64,000 nt of DNA, from contig OZ116698.1 of assembly GCA_964199315.1 (NCBI GenBank), forward strand, positions 34,596,001 to 34,660,000. Reading direction: 5' to 3'. The notes beneath the pieces were generated by a model. The model saw only the letters and a list, made by a program, of their open reading frames with translations, ran no database searches and was not told where the DNA came from. Positions 47,031 through 57,982 of this stretch are shown piece after piece; the stretch's first letter is position 1, and each line of letters begins with the position of its first letter. A program made the translations under genes and the position numbers. The DNA is from Orbicella franksi (Eukaryota).

Positions 47031-48001
47031 GGGTTCTCCAAGACACTATGCACTCTGAGAGTCTGGCTGACGTCCCTTCTGGTGAGGGGAACGAAAAAGC
47101 CCGTTTTTTGAACGAGGCTCTTGGTAATTTGACCGAAATTTATAAGGGTTTTGAATACCCAGTGGATTGATCCTTGTTAAAGGTGTCTCCTCGATGTCTG
47201 CTTTGGGACTGGGATTTATTATTACGTCTAGCAAAGGATTTCCCTGTAGTTTGTGCCACGTTTTTCGTGAAACCCCTGGACAATTCGGCCTGTTTTGAGG
47301 CCAAGGAGGGGAAATCACCTCCAAATAGTCATGATTTTGCATTAGGCAGAGGTAGTTCCGCGAGGTTTATCCTCGAACGGTTTATGGCTGCGAGGACTCT
47401 CTGTCGTCTCAGGATAGACAGCCGAGCATTGTCTGAGCCTAAAAGGCAAAGAGCTTGCTCCAAAGCTACTTTAATTTCCTCATAACTTGGAGCTGAATCA
47501 TTTTCGATACAATCATGAAGGCCACAAAGTGGGCCCGTGGCAATTAAGAAAGCACCCTGAACATGTGCAAACTTTTTCACTTTAAATGGTACTTGATTCA
47601 ACAATTGTTGATCGAGTTTTGGAGCAGACAGTGCATCCACTTCAGGATTTGCCCAGTCATCCAAAATAACGAGAGATTGCTGTTAAGATGAAAGATAATT
47701 TTCTCCGAAAATTAGTATCAAGAAACTTGGAGAAAGAAGCTGATGGTTTCCAGGAGGTTGACTTGGCAAGTGGGTGGAACAGCCTGTGATCATCACTAGA
47801 TTTCGCTGAGTTTTCAGCTTCGTCAGATGTCTTACTAGACTCTGTTGGTGCCTTAGTAGGCGCTACGGGTGCCTGAATAGGCTCTACGGGTGGCCTAATG
47901 GGCGTAGTAGCTGTCTTAAAAAGACGCTTCGGTCGTCAAAGATTCGCTAATCTCCAAGCCTGACGTTTCACCCGACATAATCGACAAAGCATCATCATCA
48001 G

Positions 48002-48140
48002 TGAAACATACTAGCAAAAGTATGGCTCGGTGACATAACAACACAAGTTGACGAGGCTTGCTCAACACAACAACTTTATTCTCTAAGCATCTTGGTTAAT
48101 ACAACAGCTTAACACAACTTCCGGTTACGAATATATTACA
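48002..48140 (-). repeat. Gypsy 3' LTR
   Basis: 137/139 identical to 52364-52502. Confidence 0.96.
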
Positions 48141-48199
48141 CTGCTTTCCCCCAGATTTTCAGGATGCTCTTATACCCAAGACATAGTGATAACCTACAG

Positions 48200-51100
48200 T
48201 TACAGGTTACGTTTAACAACTGGTTTTCTAATCCTTTGAGATCTTCGCAAAACTGTAGGTGGACGACTTACAACTAAAGGAGATACAACAGTATCCTCGT
48301 TTTCGGGCAGATCTACATGTGGTTCAGAAGTACTATCGAGAGGATTCACATTATCATCATTTATTTTCTGACCACTTGATTCAGGCACCACGACATCTGG
48401 CTCACTGACATCATCTGGTACATTATCATGTGCTCTTATCATGTGATCAGTGTGCACATATCTGGTTTTGTGTCCTGTCCTAACTACATAGGTTCTGGGC
48501 CCACAAACTTTAATTATAGTGCCTGGAATCCACTTATCAGTCTTAGAATTAGCCCTCGAGTTTCGTACCCGCACCCTGTCATTTCTTACAAAGGATCTTT
48601 CCCTCTTACATTTCAAATCCTTATACATTTTCTGTTTCTCTTGCTTATTCTCTACAACTTGTGCCAGATTAGGCTTAATCAGACTTAATCTTGTTCTTGG
48701 GCAACGCTTCACCATCAACTCAGCGGGGGTCACACCAGTTGTACTGTGAGGGGTTGTGCGATACCGAAATAGAAAATTAACAAGTCTGTGTTTCATAGAG
48801 ATGCCCGTTTTACCCTCAAGCACTTGTTTAACTAAAGCATCCTTAACAACTCTCACAGACCTCTCCGCTGCCCCATTAGATTGAGGGTGATAGGGTGGAA
48901 CGAACGTGTGCTTGATGCCGTTTTTGCGCATGAATTCAGCAAATTCAATGGACGTAAACTGTGGTCCGTTGTCAGACACCACCTCTTCAGGTAAACCATG
49001 AGTAGCAAAAATTAAACGGAGCTCATCAATAGTCCGTTCAGTAGTTGTAGAGCTCATATGTTTCACTTCAATCCACTTTGAGTGGCTATCGATTACTACA
49101 AGGAAGTAATCATTACTCTTCTGACAGAAATCAATATGGATCCGTTGAAATGGTCTAGTTGGCCACTTCCATGGGATCAGGGGTGCACTGGGTGGGGCAT
49201 TTCTAACATTTTGGCATACTGTACATACTCTCACTGCTTCCTCGATTTCCTGATCCATTTTTGGCCACCACATGCATGTACGAGCAATTGCTTTCATACC
49301 ACATATACCAGGGTCTTCCCAATGCAACTGCCCCAGCATTTTGGCTCTAAAGATTGGTGGAATAATCACCCTAGAGCCCCAAAGGACACAATCCTGTTCA
49401 CAGGACAGCTCATTTCTTCTATTATGATAGGGTTTGAGGGTCTCATCAGGACACCCTTCTGGCCAACCTGACATCACAAATTGATGTACCTTACCAAGTA
49501 CAGGATCTACAAGGGTTGCCTTTCCTATATCTCCTGCAGTGATTGGAAAATCATCATCAATTACACTCACACTGTAGACCACACACTCACTTCCCACTGT
49601 GGAGTCCTCATGTGGTAGGCTTGAGAGAGCATCACAGTTGGCATGGTCTTCAGATCTTTTGTATTCAATCTCATAGTCATACGCCGAAATTACTAGAGCC
49701 CACCTCTACATTCGAGCTGCAGCTAGTGTGGGGATAGCGGATTTTGGATTGAAAATTGCCAACAATGGTTTGTGATCAGTGATCAGGGTAAACTTACGCC
49801 CATACAAAAAACTGGTGAATTTTTTTACACCAAAAACAATTGATAATGCTTCACGCTCAATTTGTGCGTAGTTCCTTTCACTTGAACTCAGTGTCCGAGA
49901 GGCATAGGCTATTGGCCTCTCCTGGCCATCATCCATCACATGGCTAATAACTGCTCCAATTCCATAGCTGGACGCATCACAAGCAAGTCTCAGTTCACGG
50001 TCCCCATCATAATGCACCAACAGTGCATCACTGGTGAGACCTTGTTTACAAGCTTCGTATGCTTGCTGACGCTCTTTTGTCCATGTCCACTGGACACCCT
50101 TTTTGAGGAGCTCATGTAGTGGTGCTAGTGTGGTTGCTAAACCTGGTAGAAATGGGTGATAGTACTGGACCATACCCAAAAAAGATCTCAACTCACTGAC
50201 GTTTTGTGGTACTGGTGCCCTTTTTACAGCATCCACTATTTCCTCAACTGGTGCAAACCTTCAGCATCTATCTTCAAACCCAAATAGACAACTTCCCTCT
50301 TCAGAAATTCACACTTTGCCATCTTCAAATGCAGGTTATATTTATGCAACCTCTCCAATACCTCAGCCAGGATTTTCTCCTGCCAACTGACACCACCAAT
50401 AAGAATGTCATCCTGCTTACACACACATTTTTCTACTCCTTGCAAAATCATATCCATTTTAGCTTGGAATATTTTAGGTGCTGATTTAACCCCATAGGGT
50501 AATTTGCTGTAGGAATAGAGTCCCTTGTGTGTGCTAATTGTCAGGTACTCACGACTTGCTTTATCAACACTTAGCTGAGCATATGCATGCGACAAATCAA
50601 GTTTGCTGAAAAATTTTGATCCCGAGAGGGCAGCATACAAGTCCTGTTGGGTGAGAAGGGGATACTGCTCATCTTCAACAGCAGAGTTGATGGTTACTTT
50701 GTAGTCCCCACAAATTCTAACCGATTTGTCAGCCTTTGGCACAACTACTATTGGGCTTGCCCAGTCTGATCTGTCAGTTTTAACGATTACCCCATTTTTC
50801 TCTAATTTATCCAACTCCTTTTCAACTTCATCTTTTAGTGCATATGGAACCCTACGTGGCTTAATAAATATGGGCTTTGCACCATCTTTCATGGTGAGGT
50901 GTGCTTCCAACCCTTTCATGCCCTCATAGCTATCTTTGAACAACTCACTGTGTTTAACTAGTAATCCATCAAGTTGACTTTTGGCACTTTCCAACTCGGA
51001 TCTTGTTAAACTAAATATTTCACCCCACTCAAGCCTTATATGGTTTAACCAATTTCTTCCCAGCAAAGTAGGCTTCTTCTCATAATCAGCTACAATAATT

Positions 51101-52223
51101 GGCAATGTATATTCATGGCCCTTGTACACTACATCACACAGCATTTCACCACACAATGTAAGGGTTTCACCCGTATAGGTTTTCAATTCAACTTTTGACG
51201 GACGAAGTGGAAAATTACTGAATTTCTGAAAATGTGTGCTCTTACTCATTATTGAGTAATCAGCTGCAGTGTCTACTTCCATTGAACATGGTGAACCATT
51301 TATGGTCATTTCTACAGTATAACTTTTGTTGGTAGGATTATCTGTACCAACTGCATACATGGAATAAATACCTAACTCATCATTATCATCATAACCTTCT
51401 GTGTTTGATTCTAAGACACTATGAACAGTACCTTTAGCTCCTGGTTGTTTTGTTTTCATGCTAGACTCAACATCTTTACTGCGACAAACTGATGCAAGGT
51501 GACCTACTTTGCTACATTTGTAGCATTTTGCTGACTTAAATTTACACTTAAATGCAGCATGCTTACCACCACACCGGTAACATGAGGGTTCCTTAATGTT
51601 TACAGTTTCCAGTTTATTTACTATGCCTTGGCTGTCGTCACTTGCACTGACAGGACGGAATTCTTGGGTGTTCTTCTCTGCCATTTCCATTGACTTTGCA
51701 ATCTGGCACGCTTTCTCAAAAGAAAGATCCTCGGTGTTCAAAAGTTTATTCTGTATTTTGGGATTGTTCAATCCGCACACAAAACGGTCTCTCAGAGCTC
51801 GGTTGAGAAACTTCCATAGTTACAATGAATCGATAACTTCTTCAAGGCCACAATAAAGTCACTGATGGATTCGTCTTGTTTTTGAAAGCGAGTTCCAAAA
51901 TGAAAACTCTCTGCTATCTCCAATGGCGCTGGATTGTAATGTTTCTCCAATGCTTTGACAACGTCCGCAAAAGGAGTGTCTTTTGGTTTCACTGGTGCCA
52001 GCAGATTGCTCAGGGTAGAATATGCTTCGGGTCCAATCTCAGTCAGAAAGATAGCACGTTTTCTATTTGCAACTGCGAGATTGGCTTCCTCTTTACCCTC
52101 GCCTGTTTCTTCTATGATATTATTTGCCATGAAGAACATTTCCATTCTTTCCACATAGGAACGAAAAGTCTCTCGCTCAGGGCTGAACTCGCCGACACGA
52201 CCAAACAATCCAATTCCCGCCAT
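48200..52223 (-). pseudogene. Gypsy gag-pol (two frameshifts and one nonsense codon)
   Basis: Gag with two CCHC knuckles (CYRCGGKHAAFKC, CYKCSKVGHLASVC), protease VDTAADYS, RT, RNase H (CDASSYG..EREAL..TDHKPL), integrase (HIDF..VIDS..SDNGPQF..SNGAAER). Frame breaks near 51810 and 50250; TAG at 49706-49708 in AAARM*RWAL. Confidence 0.93.
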
Positions 52224-52342
52224 TTTGATAGCACGTGCTCAAACTTTGATCAAGTTGCCTCGGTCGAAAACAAACCTTTTTCCTCACACAGAGAAAATCA
52301 AAACTTCACGGGATTTCTCATGCGTCTTCGTGCATGTAGAGT

Positions 52343-52360
52343 ATCCCATCCTCGTCGCCA
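52343..52360 (-). promoter_or_regulatory. Gypsy primer-binding site, tRNA-Ser(GCU)
   Basis: TGGCGACGAGGATGGGAT, 3 nt inside the 5' LTR; complementary to the recalled 3' end ATCCCATCCTCGTCG-CCA of metazoan tRNA-Ser(GCU). Confidence 0.85.
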
Positions 52361-52363
52361 AAA

Positions 52364-52502
52364 TGAAACATACTGGCAAAAGTATGGCTCGGTGACATAA
52401 CAACACAAGTTGACGAGGCTTGCTTAACACAACAACTTTATTCTCTAAGCATCTTGGTTAATACAACAGCTTAACACAACTTCCGGTTACGAATATATTA
52501 CA
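52364..52502 (-). repeat. Gypsy 5' LTR
   Basis: TGTAATATAT...TATGTTTCA; pairs with 48002-48140. Confidence 0.96.
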
Positions 52503-52888
52503 ATCAGTATCTGCAATAGTTTCTGGCTGATTTGCTCGGGACTCTAACGAGTCTATTCGGTTGGAAAGACGTTCAATCGCCTGAAGAATCTTCTGAAGGG
52601 AATCGCTTTCGTCCTTGCGTCGTTTCGGCGGAGACCCTTCATGATGTACGTCAGGCGACGAAACGGAGTTTTGGCGGGAAGATGGCGACCAAGAACGAGA
52701 CCTTTTACGCGACTTGTGTCCTCTATGGGACATGTTCAACGATTTTAAATATCCTGAACAGCGACAAATATCACCTAAAAGAAACCTACTGTGTAAAAAC
52801 ACAAGGTATAGCCTAAAAAACGATTAGAATTTGTAAAAAAAAGCAGGGCAAAAGCAAAATACTTACCGAATGGTTTGAAGAACAAGGA

Positions 52889-53031
52889 AAAAAGCCATCG
52901 AAGCATCATGGGTCCACGATATGTAGGTCCCAGGGCCCTTCTATTGTTTCTTCACGGGGGTTCGCCCTTCTGTTGGCGTTTAGAAGTGGTTTGAAGCACT
53001 AACCGGGAAATTCCTACCATTTGTTGTCTCA
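52889..53031. repeat. DIRS left inverted terminal repeat
   Basis: Reverse complement of 41588-41749. Confidence 0.9.
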
Positions 53032-54675
53032 TACACTTTGAACGGAGTCTGTGAAATATAATTTTTGTGTCTGCATTTCGAATGCGTGTTAAAGAACAGT
53101 GTAATTGAGATATATTTGTCAAGATGTCACTTTAAATAGACTGATTAACTTGGTGGCCTGATTAACGGAGTTCCACTCTAATGATAAACTTGCCAAGCTA
53201 TATAAAAAGTGTGAAAAGGTCTGATACTGTATCAGTAAGCTCTGTACTCGAGTATGTCAATATTTGAGTATCTCTGTCTTCTCCTAGTGTTTTTCTTTAT
53301 TTCTGCTTTTAGTTCTCATTTCTTTATAATTTTTTTGTTTTATTTCATGGAGACAAATACATCTGTAAAATTTTAAATTTGTTCTATTAGTATTAATGCA
53401 TTTCTTTTCGTGTAATTTTACTAAAATGTACAGTAAAAATTAATAAAATTCAAAAGAAAAGTTGCATGGCAACTTCTCTTGATTGGAGCAAATTTTTCCC
53501 TTCGAACAAAGTCTTTTTCCCTCTATGAATTATTGAAACCTTTTTGCATTCTGAGCCACTTTTAACCATTCTGAGAAATCGGAGCAGCTTTTAGTGTTTA
53601 TATTCGTCTTACCATTTTCTGAATATTTCCGAATAATCTCCGAATATGTTTCCTAAAGGCTATACATGCGTTCCCGATTATCACGAATTTTAAGTAAGAT
53701 TCTCGACGTTTGCCGGAGATTTCCGAGGAGGTTTCGAAAATCTTTTGACTTGATATCGACAGTTTTTGGCTCATTTAGCATAACCGTATTACACATTTTT
53801 CCATAAATGTCGATATCTTCACGTTTGAAAGATAACATACCTTATAAAGATGAGATGGTTTTTAGAGCCTTGGAAAGCTTACTTTCTTAGAGTGATTAGA
53901 GCAAATGACAGAAAAAAGTTTCGTTTTCGTTTTAACAAATTGGGGGAAACTTTTTAAAGAAAAATTCGGCAACTCGTGGAAAACCTTTCTCCCTTATGTG
54001 GAAACAAGGCGAGAAATTTTGTTTCTTTTATCGAAGAAACGTTAAAACAATGCTATTTTTCCATGGAATTTCAAATAAAGGAATTTCAATAACGAACGCA
54101 GTGTATTTTAATGAATACCGGTTGGTGATATTTTACAAGCGCAAGTAAATATACATTAAGAAAACGAATGTATTGCTCTCGAACCTTTTTGAAAGGTTTT
54201 CCAAAAATATACAGCAATGTCTGTTTATTTACAAGTATATAAATATATTTCGCTCTTGAGCTTAACACGCATATACGTCAGCACTTATGGTGTCCCTTTA
54301 GAGTTGGTCTAGACAGTCGAGGAATTTCTGGAAAAAAATAAAATTAAAATAACCATGAGCTCATTACTCAGGAGATTATGTCAATATTTACATCTATTTT
54401 TAACCTGCAGATTGTCTTCTAGAATACTAATGATACGTTGTCGTCAACCTCTGTAATTTGTATCTTTATGATCTCCATGGTGACGAAAGGTAAATTTTTC
54501 TGAAAATGACTTCCATTGGATTCTCCTGAGTGATGAGCGCCTGGTGAAGTTTCATCCATAATATTGCGATAACATGAACTACGTCAGTTTTTCTTTTGTT
54601 GGAACGAGTCCATTGATTAAAATAATTACTTAATACACAAACGGATTTGCGCAGTGTTTCCGTAATCTTTTAAAC

Positions 54676-54901
54676 TAGGGTGCAATTTTTTGGGAAAATC
54701 GAAGTTTGGATTCTTAAATCCGAAAACGGATTTTGCGTTTCTTTACTAAACAGAATAATCGAGGATCACTCGGATCATGGTGCATCAAACGAACCAAAGA
54801 ATGTGATCATGGATGAATCTGTTTAGTACAGAAAGACAAAATCCGTTTTTGCTTTTATTGAAAAAAACAATCTTGGATTTTTCCAAAGAAACGCATCCCT
54901 A
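54676..54901. mobile_element. MITE with long imperfect TIRs
   Basis: TTAAAC-TAGGGTGC..AAACGGATTTTG..CTAAACAGA / TCTGTTTAG..CAAAATCCGTTT..GCATCCCTA-GTTTAA. Confidence 0.7.
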
Positions 54902-55238
54902 GTTTAACTAGCTAAGGTTAGAAATAAGTAAAAAAACAACAATTTTAAAGACTCGATAATGAAACAGGTAAATATTACTTGTAAATCACTTAACTGGTTA
55001 AGACCAACAGTTATTTTCTGTCGTTGTTGTTTAAAATCCGGTGTGACTAAAACGCCACAATGAAAGGTAGGAAAACACGTTGAAATACAAATTACTTAGA
55101 GTTACGCTCAAAGTGTTTCTAATTATAAAATACACAAGAGTCCTTTTTATAACGTGATATATAAATGTTTACAACTCCACGCAATCTTATAGTTGCTAAT
55201 GTAAAATTGTTCTTGGGGTCCTCACGACAGAAAAATTC

Positions 55239-57982
55239 TCAAGAGAAGCATTCATAGAGGGATCTCTTGTGCTTGCTGAGTTGCGATGCTTGTGAAAAAG
55301 TTTTGTAGCACTTGTTACAGGTGAAAGGCCTCTCTCCTGTGTGGGTTCGGACATGGTTGTTAAGAGTCGTGGCTCCGGCGAAGGTTCGCGAGCAAAATCC
55401 GCACTTGAATGGCTTTTTGCCAGAATGAATGACAGCATGCGTGCGCAGCTCGTTAGGATGCGCGAACTCCTGTGCGCAGTGACCGCACTGGTAAGGTCTG
55501 TTTGGATTTCTGGAACAGACGTGCATTTGAAGCAGACTGCGCTGAGCGAAAGATTTGTCACATTGACCACAATGCCATATCTTTGGTTCGCCATTCTCCA
55601 AGATGAATTCTCCGTCAGCTACACGCGGCCATTCACAAGGCAGATCTGTCTTGTCCTTGAGACGTGCCTCTTCTAACTTCCGTAGCATCTCTTTTGGACC
55701 GTCAGTCTTCTGCGTGCTCTGCAGCTTCACCTTCTTAGCATTGTTGCTGCGGTCGTTTTCTTCGTGCTTTCGTTTGATGCTTTCCTTTGGTATCTGTTTG
55801 TTTGCTTGAAGTTCTCTTTCTTGCGCGGTTCTTACTTGTGGCGAATCACGCGGTGATGTTCTCTGGTTAGGTCCAGTCACCTGCGGAGACGCTTGTCTCA
55901 TAGCAGCAGAGGTCGGAGGAGGAACGGGGGAAATTTGTTGTTCATCTGCGTACGGCGTCGCCATCACTGGGTAAGGCCTGGAACCTGAGGCGAAAAAATA
56001 AGTACTGTTCAGTTCTGTTGATGTTAAGTTAAGAGTGAAAGTTGCAAAACAAAGTCGTCAAAATGTAATGAGAAATCTTCAGTTTAAAAAGTTTAAACAT
56101 TGCAGAACTATCATGTTGCGAGACTTAATTGGGTACCAGATTCCCAAACAGACAACGTCTTTCGCGCCGTCTTTGGCCCACTTGTAAATCTTTGAGATCT
56201 TTAAAATTTCCGAAATCGTCCCTACGCAGCAGTTTTCATTTACTTGAACATAAATAAACACCGGGTAATAAAATACATAACAACGGAAGAAAACGTTGAC
56301 TCACCCATTGAATTCAAGTCGTGTATGCTTAACGGAATCCCAAAGTACTGCGGGTAGAGATCTTCATACCACACCAGTAACTCTGTCCCTATGGGAATTT
56401 CTCTGAAGGCTCGGTAGTAGACATTGCCACAGTATTGGAAAGCAAACAGGTTTTGCTCGTTTCTGTGACGAGCACATTTTATGAATCGCATCCAGCTTGA
56501 GGTGGCCTCGTCTGTCGCATCAAGATAGTACAAGAGGCGGCCATCTTTGTAAATCTGAGATTAAAGAGAATGAAGTTAATGATTAATTCTCTATTGTAAA
56601 AGCGAAATCAGTAATTGTGTAGGTAAAAACGGATACATTGTTGTAATCAGTTTGTGGTCTTTACAACTAGCTAAACGGTAAAACGAAATATCACTCAAAA
56701 CAGGATTTATAAATCAGCTCAATATCTATCGCACGAAGATATTGTCGGAGAAGAGTAGGCACTAATTTGGAGTATCAAGGAAATAAACTCGATAGATAAT
56801 GACTTCACAAAACCATTAATCTAGTTTGTCAGATATAAACAAGCTACACTAATAGACAGGTTCGGAAGATGGAGTTTAGTCAAGTCACTCTGGAAACACT
56901 TCACTCAATAGGTCAGTAACATTCAGTTAAACACAAGTAATTTTTGTTTTGTTCTCATACCTCCCACAAGTACGAGGAGTCCATGTTTGGGTTGATTTCA
57001 TCTGGATTAATTCGCTTTCCCTCGTAAGGACCTATCCACGTACCCACAGGAATGTGTTGCTTGGCAGCCACGCCATACTTCTTGCCTGGGATGCTGGATT
57101 TACACAACTGCACCACATCAGGGAATGACTTCATGGCATAGCTGTCCCAGTCCCCTGGGTAGCTAAGGTCAGGTGTGTTGTGGGATGAGTGAATAGGACA
57201 GCGTATGTTGTATACCTTGTTACATGTTCTGCAAACTGAAGGTAAAACATGGAATGAGTTCTATTTTCCATCTGTATGCCATGATATATCTATGTTTATC
57301 TCGGAAAGTTTGGATGGAGTTTCAACAAGTGGCCCGCCTGAAATTTCAGTTAACTAAAAGATTGTTCTCAGTCGTCCCCGATACCCTTTTTAACAACTGA
57401 CTAGCGACCAGATTTTTAGCTGAATGTTGACTGGTTGTTATGCAACTGAAGCAGGCTCTACTATCCAACCTAGGTTATCGTACCAAACCATGACATCTCC
57501 AAAATTATGGACGTTTGACGAGTACATGAAACGTTTTTGCGAGCTGATCTTACCAATTTAAGATGCTCCGTTATACTTAAGTGTTAATCTCGGAAATCTC
57601 GGGTTGTACTAAGTGCTTTTCTTAGCTAAAACAGACAACTTTCCGCTTTGAAATTTACTTTAAATAGTTTCTCTGTCCGCATATCACACTACTCTCAAGT
57701 AAACAAGCAAACAAAAAAAGAGAGAACTTTAGAACAGATACAGATTAACTTACACGAAGACTGTTTCTCCGTCCCCGCACCATTGTCTTCCAGTTTCCTA
57801 TTCCTGGATTCTTCAATATTAATCGTCTCAACTTTTCCACTCTTCTGATGCAGGTAATCATATAAATCTTGCTCGGTAAACTTAAAAAAACTGGGCTTCA
57901 CTGCTTCCTTCTGCTGTTTTGTCTTTACCGGGTTGAACTGTGGTCTCAAATACGCCGCCTTTTCAACAGTTGACGCCTGCAT
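55239..57982 (-). CDS. PRDM6: PRDM6-like paralog G5 (about 499 aa, 4 coding exons)
   Basis: Exons 57982-57754, 57235-56961, 56554-56305, 55984-55239; total 1500 nt, in frame. Knuckle [15 protein letters not shown]; PR motifs [29 protein letters not shown]; four fingers; [13 protein letters not shown] motif. The start is uncertain because ATGCAG may itself be an acceptor. Confidence 0.88.

Larger units (their letters stand above)
48002..52502 (-). mobile_element. Full-length Ty3/Gypsy LTR retrotransposon, Mag-like
   Basis: 139-bp LTRs TG..CA (48002-48140, 52364-52502) differing at 2 positions; 5-bp TSD ATCAG; PBS; polypurine tract GGGGGAAAGCAG; domain order gag-PR-RT-RH-IN. Confidence 0.96.
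47046..52733 (-). pseudogene. DIRS gag-like ORF, split by the Gypsy insertion
   Basis: MSHRGHKSRKRSRS..LQKILQAIERLSNRIDSLES..ADTD (from 52733) continues after the TSD at 48001 as DDDAL.., then GPLCGL..EQALCLLG..RRQRVL. Confidence 0.7.
41510..53062 (-). mobile_element. DIRS1-like tyrosine-recombinase retrotransposon, full length but decayed, with two nested insertions
   Basis: Order on the - strand: gag, RT (YLDD at 46478-46489), RNase H, methyltransferase-like domain, YR (HSVR..W..FYY). ITRs at 52889-53031 and 41588-41749, ICR at 41819-41940, and ATT trinucleotide at both ends and at the ICR junction. Confidence 0.9.

Noticed and set aside
48428-52400. Several + strand ORFs (for example 51876-52400, 49082-49471)
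   Set aside because: Antisense shadows of Gypsy gag-pol with no recognisable domains.
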